Assembly: GCA_965603825.1 (NCBI GenBank)
Contig: CBFDEM010000041.1
Coordinates: 496,001-560,000 of the forward strand
DNA from: Blepharisma stoltei ATCC 30299
Taxonomy: Eukaryota; Protista; Ciliophora
Direction of reading: 5' to 3'
Length of the DNA stretch: 64,000 nt
Part shown: positions 1-11,404 of the stretch, piece after piece
How the letters are laid out: each line of letters begins with the position of its first letter
Position numbering within the stretch: the first letter of the stretch is position 1
The notes under the pieces: generated by a model
Database searches by the model: none
The model's input: only the letters and a program-made list of their open reading frames with translations
Told to the model about the DNA's origin: nothing
Made by a program: the position numbers and the translations under genes

Positions 1-303
1 CTGGAGAATATGCAGCAGGGACGCAAAAGTTTAATGCAAAAGCTTACTAAAAAGCCAATAGAGCATTATATAGCTAAACGAGAAAGAATTATTAAAGACA
101 TGACTGAAGAAATCAATGGGCTTTCAAAAATAAAAAAAATAATCACATCAAGACTCGTCCATAAAGAAATTCCGAAATTCAGAGAATCAAAGATTCATCA
201 GCATGATATTGTAATAAAAGCTTTTGCAAGGTGCACTGTACAAGAATTTGAGAATTGGATTATTCAGAATAAAGAAATTCAAAAAGGACTAAACGCCAAA
301 TAA
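1..303 (+). CDS. Hypothetical protein, probably 5'-partial
   Basis: Frame is open from base 1 to TAA at 301-303; no recognisable motif. Confidence 0.55.
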   Translation: MENMQQGRKSLMQKLTKKPIEHYIAKRERIIKDMTEEINGLSKIKKIITSRLVHKEIPKFRESKIHQHDIVIKAFARCTVQEFENWIIQNKEIQKGLNAK

Positions 304-385
304 AATCCTGCTCATAATTTATTATAAACTAGACTTAATTTTAATTTAACAAACTATTAAAAATTTGTGTGTTATTTATAAATTT

Positions 386-1054
386 TTAAATAAATTGTGT
401 TATTTCTCTGATAATTCCATATGGTAAATCGTAATATTCCTTGCTATTTGATTTTTGATTTTGAGCTGCATATGCTAAATAATAAATAAAAGGCAGTCTT
501 CTTTTTCATAATTTCACTTTTTTATTGTACTCAATAAGCTCAGTTAAGCCAACTTCAACACATACAGAATAGTCGAATTCGCTTCCTCTATCAAGCAAAA
601 GCTTAGCTGTTCTTATGTCTTGATTTCTAATTGAAATAGTTAATGCAGATTGATCATCCCAATTAAGAATTCCTAAAGGATGCACCTTTACAATAGTTTT
701 CAGAGCTTCAACATTCCCATTTCTTGAAGCTATATGAATAGGTCGATCACCTACAGAATCTTCACTAATAAAAAATAAACTCGGGTAATTTTGAGCAAGG
801 TATCCTAAAATTTTAAAACTGTTTGATTTTGTTGCGTAATGAGCAATATTTTCTCTTCCAGTATCCAAAAAATAAGGATTAAATCCAAATTCAATAAGCA
901 GATTTAACACTTCTGGGAGATCTTGAGTACATGTAAGAAAAATAGCTTCAGGATATACATCAACCAATTTTTTGAGTTCGTCTTGGTAGTTTTTAATTTC
1001 TTTTATATTTCCATCCATGATGAGCCGATGCAAATGAAATACCGTTTCATCCAT
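386..1054 (-). CDS. Ankyrin-repeat protein with C-terminal F-box/SOCS-box-like motif
   Basis: Ankyrin motifs (GDRPIHIASRNGN, SALTISI). TGA at 506-508 read as W extends the frame with WKRRLPFIYYL...DLPYGIIREITQFI to TAA at 386-388. Confidence 0.8.
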
Positions 1055-1108
1055 TTTATTATCAGATGTGAAAAGGCATATTTATTAGCTTAAACCTTTT
1101 CTATTATC

Positions 1109-2593
1109 TTATTCTTCGTTTATTTTCTTTTTCTTCTTAGGAACATCAAATAAATCTGCAGTTGCATCCATCAAAAATTGTATATCTTTTGCCATTTTTT
1201 CTTTTTGTTCTAGCTTATCTTTCTTTTTCTCCATCAAGCTATCCTGAATCTTCTCTCTCACTTTCTTTGTATGCACAGACTCTTTGACCTTCTTCTTTTC
1301 TTTTTCTTTTTTCTTCTTTTTCTTTTTTTCATTTTCTAGTCTTTCTTTTTCTTCTTTTTCAGCCTTTTCTTCTGCTTTGATCACTTCTTCAGAGGCTTTA
1401 TCAACAGTCCCAATTTCATGTGGATTCAGGACTATAGTATCAGGTGGCAATTTTTCTAATAAATTATGGACTTCTTGTTCCTGTCTTTGCCTTTTTGTTT
1501 GGAAAATATTGGCTTCATTGCTATCATAGTTAGCTAAGCCACTTCCAGGGATACAAATATTGCTAAATCCATTAGCCGTTCCAATACCAAGAAAATCTTC
1601 ATAAGGCACAAATTGAGTGTCTGCTATAGAACTAGTGCAGATATGAGACATATAAGGAGATTTTTGTTTTTCTAGCTGCCAGTCTTTTCATATTTTTACT
1701 TCACTAAGAGAGCTCATTGATAGCAGCCCAGTCTGACTAATTGAAAGGCTGTTACATGGAACTTCTGTCCAGTATTCTTGGAGTGGATTTCCTAATGACC
1801 TAATATCAAAAATTTTTACTTTACAATCGGCACCTCCAGTGGCTAAATAGAGCCCTCTAGAATCTATAGCTAAACTTTTGCATGGCCCATTATGAGCAAT
1901 CAGCCTAACAACTGGCTTATTTATATTTGGTGTCCACATAGTGACAATCCCTCTTGCATCCCCTACGCAAATGACCCCATTTCATGGATTCCTCTTCATA
2001 TCATTGACATTTTCAAAGTGGAACCTATGCTCAGCAGCAGGCTTTCCTACAGAAATGTCCAGATATTTCAAAAATCCATGATTATTTGCAGACACAAGTA
2101 AAAAATGATAAGGCAAGTATTCCAATTTTTGAGGTTCTATATGTGTTTTTAAAGCATGGACTTCAATACCTTGGCTATCATAAATATAAAGCCCTTTTCT
2201 TTGGGCTACAGCAAAAAGAAGCTCGTTTTGTAAGAATTTTACGTCTCTTACAAGCTCTTTTAGATGGAATTCAGTCATTAGTTTGGCTTCTCTTCAGTTC
2301 ATTAACGCAATGTGGCCTTTGCGGCCTCCAAGTAATAGGCTGGTACCGTTCATTGTGTAATCAAGTGCATATGGACCAAAACTCAAATTAAGGTCAAAAA
2401 TGTGCCTTGAGCTATATTCAGGGACAATTTCTTTGAGTTGTTTTTGGTTTACTTTATAGGTTTTTTCGCCTTCGTCTGGCTCTAAATACCCGTTTTGTTG
2501 CGTAAGTAAAATTTGTGTTTCATAGTTGGCTGACCTTCCATCTCTGTAATATTTGTGGGCTGTGGCTAGTTTTGCATTGAGTTTTGTTTCCAT
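1109..2593 (-). CDS. UTP7: U3 snoRNP/SSU processome WD40 protein UTP7/WDR46 (BING4CT domain)
   Basis: Four ORF pieces share one frame, joined by TGA at 2294, 1982 and 1688. Motifs: FGPYALDYT.NG..LLLGGRKGH, LEYLPYHFLL, IPGSG.ANYD..EAN, EVH.LLEKLPP.TI. Confidence 0.92.
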
Positions 2594-2754
2594 TTTAATT
2601 ATTTTATTACTAAATTATATGAGACTATACAGAGGTAGCAAAGGAGCAAGCTAAAAATGCATTTTTAAGCTTTATTTGCGTATCAAACTTATCAATTATT
2701 AAATATATGCCTTTTATATTATAGCTATCTGAATTGCAGAATTTCGCAAATTTA

Positions 2755-3558
2755 TTATTCAGCAAACTCCATTCTCCTGTTTCTATACATCTCCATCTTA
2801 TAATTTTGTATTTGGTCCAGCACATTTCCTCCAAGTATCTGAAGATCCCACTCATCATCATTTTCAAGCCCTTTCCACCACTTTTTTGGGTCTGGGATTT
2901 TTCTTTTATGAATTTCCTTTGCAATAAACACTTCTTGAGGTGTTGCATCTTGTATCGTATATTTTAAAGGGTCATTTAATGCTTTTATTGTCTCCAACGA
3001 TTTTATAATATATTTTACTTCATTTCTGTCACTATACTTTTGGCTTCTTAGCTTATCCCATGCAACTTGTCTGTCAAGGAATTTTGAATATTCTTCTTTA
3101 TATATTTCTAAATTTCCTCTTCCTTTAAGTCTGATTTGTTTTATTAATGCTTCATGTCTTACTGGATCAATTGGCTTATAAAATGTATCAGGTGGAGCTT
3201 GGAATTTTCTAGGTGCTGATTTAGGTTGAGTTACAACAGTTTGTGTTATTAGCCTTTCTCTTTCCATAAGTTTCCTTGTTTTTCTTCCCCTTCAAAACGC
3301 TTGAATAATAACTGCAGCATCTGCTTGCTTTTTTAATGCAAGTCTTAATACAGCTTCTGCAGGGAGTTTTGATAAGAAAAGATACTCTCTTTCTTTAGCT
3401 TCTAGCCTTTGTCTATGACGAAGCTTCAATAATTCAAGTTCAGCGTGGCGCATTTCTTGTAAAGTTGCTGGATTATTTCTGCTTTTTCTATTTCTAATAG
3501 CTCTTTGTATGATTCGTGCAGCTTGTTCTTCGCTTAGTCTATTTTTCATTTGATACAT
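2755..3558 (-). CDS. IQ-motif protein resembling the C-terminal half of IQCB1/NPHP5
   Basis: Two in-frame pieces joined by TGA give IIQAF[W]RG (IQ consensus). A second IQ motif (AARIIQRAIR) and a C-terminal AK..H......WWK.L motif recall NPHP5. Confidence 0.7.
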
Positions 3559-3617
3559 TTGAATTATTAAACATTTTTCTTACTGAAGCACAAGAAATTG
3601 GTTCCATAATTGAAAAA

Positions 3618-4433
3618 ATGGGAAATTGTTTACGTCATGAGGAAGAACCTAATAAAAAACTCAGAACTAAAACAATAGATGAGTTTGAAAAAATTTATAC
3701 CTTAGGATCACCCTTGGGAACCGGACAATTCAGTGAAGTACTTGAAGCGAAATCTGCTACTAAATCAATTGCAGTAAAATGCATAAATCTCGCAGCAATG
3801 AGACATGAGCTACATTTATTAAGAAGAGAAGTAGAAATTATGAAAAAAGTGAGGCACCAAAATATAGTGCAATTTTATGAGATATATGAGAATCCCGAAT
3901 TTATCTATATCACAATGGAATTATGCGAAGAAGGGAATTTAAAGAAAAAAATTGAAGCTTTTGGAAAAATGAATGAAGAAGATGTAAAAATAATGACAAA
4001 ACAAATATTAAGCGCTCTTGTGTATTTACATAGGTTAAAAATCTGCCACAGAGACTTAAAGCCGGAAAATATTCTTTTTTCTAATAATCGAGTGAAGCTT
4101 GCTGATTTTGGATTAGCAAGGCATATGAATGGGACAAATGGGTTTAGTGTAGTTGGGACTCCTTATTATCTAGCCCCTGAAGTGATTGATGGGCATTATA
4201 ACTCCAAATGTGACATATGGAGTTTAGGAGTTGTTCTTTATTATTCGCTCACTGGAAAGCTTCCTTTTAATGGGACTTGCTATGAAGATTTATTCTCAAA
4301 AATCCAAGGAACTGAGATTAATTATGGCTATATGTCGACTGAGGCCAAGGAGTTTTTGAAGCTGCTACTTCACAAAGATCAAAATTCGAGAATCAATGCA
4401 GAAGCTGCTATCAAGCATAGTTGGCTGAATTAA
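3618..4433 (+). CDS. CAMK/CDPK-like Ser/Thr kinase (no EF hands), N-terminal MGNC acylation motif
   Basis: GTGQFS, AVK, HRDLKPEN, DFG and APE motifs; first ATG at 3618. Confidence 0.9.
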   Translation: MGNCLRHEEEPNKKLRTKTIDEFEKIYTLGSPLGTGQFSEVLEAKSATKSIAVKCINLAAMRHELHLLRREVEIMKKVRHQNIVQFYEIYENPEFIYITMELCEEGNLKKKIEAFGKMNEEDVKIMTKQILSALVYLHRLKICHRDLKPENILFSNNRVKLADFGLARHMNGTNGFSVVGTPYYLAPEVIDGHYNSKCDIWSLGVVLYYSLTGKLPFNGTCYEDLFSKIQGTEINYGYMSTEAKEFLKLLLHKDQNSRINAEAAIKHSWLN

Positions 4434-4495
4434 TTGAAATTTTGTAGTATAAAATAGCTAAGAATCTGATTATTAAGCCAAAATTTCTTTAAAAA

Positions 4496-5260
4496 ATGTC
4501 ACAATTCAACTTTAATTTCAAAAACTTTGGGCCTAACGATAATTTCTTCAGACAAATTTCGTTCAATAATCCAAGCCCTTTGAACTCCAAACGGTCAGTT
4601 TCGAATAATTCGCAAAAATTATCATCAAGAAAATCGTCAAGGAAACTAAAAGAAAATCAAGGGACAGAAAATATAAATAGTTTAAATAGTTCGAGGGCTT
4701 CATCTTCAAGAAAACGCTTTTATTGTGAATATGAAAAAGATTTCCCCAATTCCTTCGCATTGAAGCCAAATTTTTATATTGATCAACTCTTTAATAAAAA
4801 AGTCCGTCAAACCATCACATTGCAGCAGAAAATAAACCAAAACCGTCTTAAACCGCGTCAAATCCACAAAGACAAACAGAAGCCAGAGATCCCAACACTC
4901 AAAGATTCAGCAGAATTTAATTCTGCTTTATCTATTAAAAGGCTTTTAAATATCAGCCACAATAATGAGCAGTTAAAATTAAAGAGCTTAATAACGAGAA
5001 GAACTTCATTAGAAAGCCGAACGGATTTAGAAAAAACTTATGATGAAAGCATTATAAAGGTTAGGCAATGCACAACTCATAGGGTTTTAAGGCCACGGTC
5101 GGTCCCGAGAAAAATAATGTCAAGATCTCAAGCGATTTCTGAGTGTCAGACTGATGATAGTGATGACGATATTATAAATGAAATTCCGAAAGAAATACCA
5201 ATTATGGAGCATGAGAGCTGCGAAGAAGAGAGCCCAGTGCGTCACTTAAAATGTGTATAA
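4496..5260 (+). CDS. Hypothetical basic, low-complexity protein
   Basis: 254-aa ATG-to-TAA ORF flanked by AT-rich spacers. Confidence 0.7.
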   Translation: MSQFNFNFKNFGPNDNFFRQISFNNPSPLNSKRSVSNNSQKLSSRKSSRKLKENQGTENINSLNSSRASSSRKRFYCEYEKDFPNSFALKPNFYIDQLFNKKVRQTITLQQKINQNRLKPRQIHKDKQKPEIPTLKDSAEFNSALSIKRLLNISHNNEQLKLKSLITRRTSLESRTDLEKTYDESIIKVRQCTTHRVLRPRSVPRKIMSRSQAISECQTDDSDDDIINEIPKEIPIMEHESCEEESPVRHLKCV

Positions 5261-5441
5261 ATATTCAATATATCTCATTTTTGAAAAATCTTTTTTATTA
5301 TTTAAGCTATTAGATTTATAAATTAGCCAAACAAATTATGGAAATCTTTTAAAGCTTTTATGAATGATATAGCATTTATTTTTTTCTCACATTAATCTGA
5401 TTCCCATTTAAAACGAATCATAAAGGGTAGTAGATGGGTTA

Positions 5442-6077
5442 ATGAATAATAAATCAAAGGGATGCTGCTCGTGCTTTAAAGCAATGTTCGGCGGCCAGTC
5501 AAAGCCGTAATTCCAATACAGTGCTCAAAGCAATAAACCCGAAGAGAACAATAAAAAAAGTGTTCCAATAGAAAAACCAACTGAAGTTTCAAAAAAATCC
5601 CCTCCTCATTCCGAAATCAAAGAGAAGAAGCCAGAAAAGAAAATCCCTGCCTCAGACCCAGCCCCTAAAAAGAGAGAAACCACCAAATCTACTGCAAAGC
5701 AATCTACAGTAAATGCAGAAACGTTCCCATTAGACGAATCTTCAATATCTCTCCGCGTCTCAAACGAAATAAGTGTCTCTAACGACGTTGTATTTTATGA
5801 TAAAAATTCTGGAAGCAACCAAACATATGACAAAGAGCAAGCTCGATGCAACCTTGATGAAGCTTTCCATATGATACAAGCAGACAATGGAAAATCTTCG
5901 GAAATGAGCTCAGAGCATTTGACATTTGGCAAAGACGCGCTAAATTCGTCATTTATTAACTCGAACAGTGAGGTTAGTGATGAAGGAAAAGAGCAATTTA
6001 CAAAGGTGATTAAGAATATCAACTTTAAGGATCTTTTAGAAGAGGAAGAAAGCAGAAGAAGCAAGGAAGAAGAGTAA
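5442..6077 (+). CDS. Hypothetical protein (one 15-nt intron), N-terminal GCCSC possible palmitoylation cluster
   Basis: MNNKSKGCCSCFKAMFGG. Removing 5507-5521 removes an in-frame TAA and runs into the 5871-6077 ORF. Confidence 0.7.
5507..5521 (+). other. 15-nt spliceosomal intron
   Basis: gtaattccaatacag; contains in-frame TAA; A at position 10. Confidence 0.75.
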
Positions 6078-6105
6078 GTAATAGATTTATTAATGAGATT
6101 TTAGT

Positions 6106-7158
6106 TTAATAGGCTTCTTTCGCTTGGTACCAAGGGGCAAGGAAGACTGGCTGGACGCAGTCTAAGGCACCTTGAAGCTGGGGGTAATAGATAGCATTGA
6201 GACTGAAATAGTTCCAAGCTCTGTTTAATTTGGAATTTCACCAATCAGACATGCATTGACCAGTAAATCTTCTCATTGTATTGCAATTGTTTATTGAACT
6301 TGACTGAATTCATTGAATTAAATACTGGCTGCTTTGTTTTGCTGGCTCATCTCCAGGAAATAGTGTGCAATAGCTATTTCCAGAAGGGTTATAGCCGCAT
6401 AAGCAAGATCCCATCAACTGTCCATATTCAAAATAATCGTCTCTCGTCGACATACAGTCAGCATCTACACTGCATTGTTGAGGTATCTTTTTAGCTGTAG
6501 AGACCTGGCTCATACACTCGTAAACTCCGTCATATTCCATGCACAGTCCACTGTTGCACAGCATCGAAGAATTTGTAGGAGAGCAATATCCTACCGGTAA
6601 ATGGTTACTTATCGAAAAATAAGGGAAGCAAATGCTATTTGCTGGGGTGCTTGCCAAATTGCAGCCAGATCCATTCACGCAGTCATAATCACTTGTACAC
6701 CCAGTGCCACCTATATGAATTTGAGGGACACATTGTTGGTTAAAACACCTGAGTCCAGGGTTGCAGTCGTCACTAGTAAAGCAAGCCTCTCCGTTCAGAG
6801 ACCCTACACAGACACTATTTACACATCCATTTTTGGCATGGTTGCTACATTGTGAAGAAGAGCTGCATTTTTCACCTGGCCATGCATTGACGGGTGGAGA
6901 TGGAGGATTTCCTTCACAGGTAGAGTTACGCTGGACTGGAGCTTGGCAGTGAGGATTTCGCTTGGAGCAGCTTGTTACATAATATGTAGGCTGAGTAACT
7001 GTGGGTGTGTAGAATACACAAGTATTATCAACAAAATTCTGGTGATCTTGCTTGCATTGGTATAATGGGCATTGATTGTTTTTAAGCTTTTCAGGAGCTG
7101 CTGCAGAAAGAGAGAATATAACGGAGAAAGCTAATAAAGCTAGTTTTGAGGTCTCCAT
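6106..7158 (-). CDS. Secreted cysteine-rich protein
   Basis: Signal peptide METSKLALLAFSVIFSLSAA and repeated C..D.DC..G..C units. Read-through of TGA at 6310 and 6238 extends the frame to TAA at 6106-6108. Confidence 0.85.
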
Positions 7159-7232
7159 ATATAATATTGTAATTTGTGTGAATTAAAACTAAATTATAAA
7201 ATTGTTAAATTATATAGGGATTTATAAATTTT

Positions 7233-10160
7233 TTATTTTTTCCGATGGCGCATTTTTTGGAAAGTGTTTTGTACATGGAAACGAGTTAGATTTGCATTAT
7301 TTCTTGCTAGATCCCTTGGGCTCAAGTAGTTAGTGTTGTGGATTTCACTAATAGACAGTTTTTCTTGTATAAGAGAAGACAAAATTGGGTTTAGAACACT
7401 AATTGATTCTCTTTCATCAGCTTTACTTTGATTACTTGGCCTAGATCTCTGTGTCGAATTTATTGAGTTTCTATTCTCGTGTCCCGGTAATTTCAGTAGT
7501 GGCCTTTTTGTTGCTCTTATACTTTTTGGCCTATAAATATCATCTCTTTCAACTTTTTTATATTTGTAAATTTCCTTTGAATCTGATTTATAAATAACTG
7601 ATTTTTTCATATAGGCAGATTCCACTTCTTTTATCTTTGCTAGAATGTCTAAAGGTCCTTGAATTCTTTCACTAGGATTATCCCTAAATGAAATAGGCAC
7701 TTCTCTAGCTGTTATTGGCATTAAAGGTTGGATTTCAGGCTCAATTTTATCAGTGTCTACTAATGAGGAATGCTTTAGTACTGTACTGAATGGGATACTT
7801 ACGAAATTCTTTTTGGAATCAAGTCTGATTGAGGAACGAAAAGATTTTTTAGGAGAAATATGAGGATCAGGTAGGTTTTGTGCGTTATCAAAAGTATTTG
7901 ATTGTTTTGATTCTTCGTCACTTTTATCTCTCGTCACATTTTTTGCTACTGATTTATCTCTCGTTAGAAACTTGGACTTTATGCTGTTTCTTCTAAATTT
8001 CAGAGATTTTATGCTTTCTCGGGATTTTCTCTCTGACTTGAAATTTGAGCATTTTATAATTTCAGCTTCGCTTAATGACGAATCGCTTCCACTGCTTTCA
8101 GTACCACTATCAGAAATATTGACAATATCAATATCTTCCCAGTCTTCATCATTTTCTCATATTTGGCTGCCTTTATGATTTTTTTCGTCATTTTCTATTA
8201 ATTTGTTCACGTCACCTTCATCTGAGCTTCCCTCATAGTCTATAGACTGTTCTTCAGCACTTGATTCATTATCTTCAACAGTGTTATTTGTATCATTAAT
8301 ATTATTTCCATTTTGTTTCTTAATTTTCTTCTCTTTGTATGCAGGTCTTGCAAATAGAATTTTTCTTAATGTATCATTGACACGCCTTACTCTTCTCATA
8401 TAAAGCGTAGGGGATGCAAACGTCAAGCATAATTCACATAAGTCAGCACCTATTTTTTCTAGATGGGATTTTTTCATATGCATGTCTCCTTGGAAATTAT
8501 CAAAAGCTTTAGAACTTCTAGGGCCAAAAAATGAAGCTTCAAGCGTATAAGAGTGAGCTATGCCCATTTCATTATAAACAACAATTCTTTCTGTAGAAAA
8601 TTTGGATTTTTCCATACGGAAATGAGAATCAAAATAACTAAAACATTTATTTTTTCGGGACAATAAAAGTGGAATTACCTTAGCTAAGAGATTTTTCCTT
8701 TGAGGAATGGCTTCATAGCTTTTTACATTGCAGCCATACATAAACACATTTTTTTTCTTTGAATGCCCATGCATATCGCAACACATGATTATTTCGTTTT
8801 TTTCATTAAAAACTTCTATCATTTTTTTAGCATAAAAAATAGTGGGATGTAAAATTTTATTTGGTTTTTCTCACCTTCGGTTTAGGTCAATTCCTAATAA
8901 GCAGCATCGAGAATTCCCATATCTGACTCCGTCAACGTTTAGCATTGGGATTATTCGAAAGACAAATTTTTTTCTTAGAAGTTTTGCTTGATAAGTATTT
9001 CCTAACAAAAAATCAATAGCTCCTTTTATCATAAAAGATGAGACTGTTTCTCCACTATGAACTCTCGCTGTTAAAACAATGCCCTTTTTATGCGAATGCT
9101 CATCGATTATTGTTTTGCCACTCAAAGAACTTTGTCTTTCTAATTTTTGTTTCCTCATTTTAAGTATTCTTCTCCCACTAGAGCTTAATCCTCATTCATG
9201 GCTTTCATCTTCAAAAGATATATAACTTTGCACATTCTCAGTAATAGTCAGCATTTTACAAATATTTCCTCCAAGAGTCTGACACAGAGGATTTATTCTT
9301 AAAATTTCATTATTCTGCTCTATATCTGACAAATACTCCAATAAATCTGTATAAGTATAAGGATAAGCATATGCAAAATAAACAAGATCATTTGTATATT
9401 GAAAATTATATTTAAAACTAAGACAGTAATAAGAATGATCCAAATATTCAGGAGCATAGTCTTCATTTTTTTCATAGCTAATATCATAGCATCCTCTATA
9501 TCATTCTTTTTCTTCTGTTTCATACAGAATTGTAGATCATACCAGCGGCTTCATTCCAGCTCTATAAAGAGGGTCTCGTTTAAGCATATTTTCAATTCTG
9601 AATGTCACTGTTATTGGTCTGAAATTTTTAACAGAAAAATAATACCAGTGGTTATGCCGTGATGTTTCTGTATCGGAACGAATAAATAATTTATATTCAA
9701 AATCAGATAACTTTATAACTTTATCCAGATTTCCTGATTCAAATTTGCTGTCAAAAATTAGCGTTGTCTGATCATTAGGAATCTCTAATGAATACTCTGG
9801 TTTAAATTCAGGGCATGGTTTATAAGCTTTTGCTTTAAAAAATGCTTCAAGCTCAGAGTCAGGCATATCTTCATTAAATTTCTCTATATGAGGCTTGGCA
9901 TTTCTCTGAGGTTTGTTTTCGCTAGTAATTATTTGGGGCTTTCCTGCTATTTGTAGCAATGCTTTAATATCATAAACAAGCATCCCACCGAGCTCAAATT
10001 TATAGTTTCCTTTGTCATGGGAAGTTATTGAAGATTGTTTGGTTTCTTCTTTTTTTATGATGGGAGCATAAGATCAAAGAATTTCTTGTGCTGTTCTATC
10101 AACAAAGTGTTTACTGGTTATTTGATGATTTCCTGAGGCGATTAAGCCATTATTTGACAT
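7233..10160 (-). CDS. Cytosolic carboxypeptidase (CCP/AGBL/Nna1, M14D tubulin deglutamylase family)
   Basis: Five ORF pieces in one frame. Motifs: FDSKFESGNL, WYYF, YPYTY, ARVHSGE, PMLNVDGV, DLNRR[W], DMHGHS, YTLEAS. ATG at 10158-10160. Confidence 0.92.
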
Positions 10161-10442
10161 AATTAAAACAACGTTGGAATAATTATATATTGGTAATAAT
10201 TAAAATAGTAGATTGAACGTATTTTTACAAATTTAAAAGAAATTGATCGTTTAAATAAAAACTAATGATCATCCAAATCTTTGTTAACAGTTTATGCACA
10301 ATTTGAAATTAAATAAAATATTTCGTTTAGACATTGATTGAAATTATTGAATTTTTATATACAATGACTAAAAATCCTTAAATTAACGAACTTTTTGATA
10401 AAATATATATTCATCAATTTTTAATTTATATGAATTTTTATT

Positions 10443-11399
10443 ATGGATTCCATTGCAAATAGAGTGAACAAACTCAAAGAGCGCTTTCCTGCAGGAGAAC
10501 CGCATGTATTAGAATATGCAGCTCGAGCACCCACTCTATCCGATGCAATTAATTATTTACGAGAAATCTACGGGAATCCAACATCTCAGCCAAGTGCATG
10601 GGCAAAGCCCTTAAAAGTCTCAACGGCTCCAACTGACCCCAGAGAGAGAGCCCGTGCACGTGCCCTCGAATCTACCACTGAAGAAGACTCCAAGCCAGAA
10701 TTTGACGTTTCTGAATACAAGATAAAAGAATGCAGGAACCGAGCTGGCTGCAATTGTGACAATTATCATCACGAGTTCGAGCGACGCCGTAACCCTAACA
10801 AAACCCACTACTCAGAAATTCCTTGCCCTAATGTTTTTAATGGGTCTTGGCGAGCTCCAGTCCTCTGTTCTAAAGGAAACAATTGTGGGCACTCACACAC
10901 AGTAAATGAAGCTAGCTATCATCCCAGGACTTACAAAACGAAGCGCTGCCTTAAATTCGACGAAGGAACTTGCCATTATGGCATTAAATGTGCATATATT
11001 CATGGGAATAATGACCCTATTGCAGCTGCTTGGAAGCGTAAAATGGAAATGATAAGCCAGCCTAAAACCTCTCAGCCAGTTAGCTTTGCACCTAAAGTGT
11101 CTTTGGCTTCTCTAATACAAAGAGATGAGCCACCTCCAGAGTCGGATTTGTCACCTTCTGCATGGACTTTTATGCCGACTGTGAAAAATCCTGTAGAAGA
11201 GCTGAATTTGAAGATGCAGAAAAGAATAGAAGAACTTTATTTGAAAACTCTATGCTCAATTTGCTACATAAAAGAAAAAGACACAGCACTAATACCTTGT
11301 GGGCATCTTTTTTGCAGTGAGTGCTTATTGCAAACAGTCACAGCAGTCTGCCCTATCTGCAGGAGAGATTTTCGAGATAAATTAACAGTATTTTTGTAA
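10443..11399 (+). CDS. Unkempt-like CCCH zinc-finger plus C-terminal RING protein
   Basis: YKIKEC...YHH.FERRRNP, C.KG.NC.HSH...E..YHP.TYKT..C, C.YG.KCAYIH; C-terminal CSIC...LIPCGH.FCSEC...CPIC. Confidence 0.85.
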   Translation: MDSIANRVNKLKERFPAGEPHVLEYAARAPTLSDAINYLREIYGNPTSQPSAWAKPLKVSTAPTDPRERARARALESTTEEDSKPEFDVSEYKIKECRNRAGCNCDNYHHEFERRRNPNKTHYSEIPCPNVFNGSWRAPVLCSKGNNCGHSHTVNEASYHPRTYKTKRCLKFDEGTCHYGIKCAYIHGNNDPIAAAWKRKMEMISQPKTSQPVSFAPKVSLASLIQRDEPPPESDLSPSAWTFMPTVKNPVEELNLKMQKRIEELYLKTLCSICYIKEKDTALIPCGHLFCSECLLQTVTAVCPICRRDFRDKLTVFL

Positions 11400-11404
11400 G
11401 GCAA

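Noticed and set aside
10793-10800. CCCTAACA, a heterotrich telomere-like unit
   Set aside because: Single copy inside coding sequence; expected by chance.
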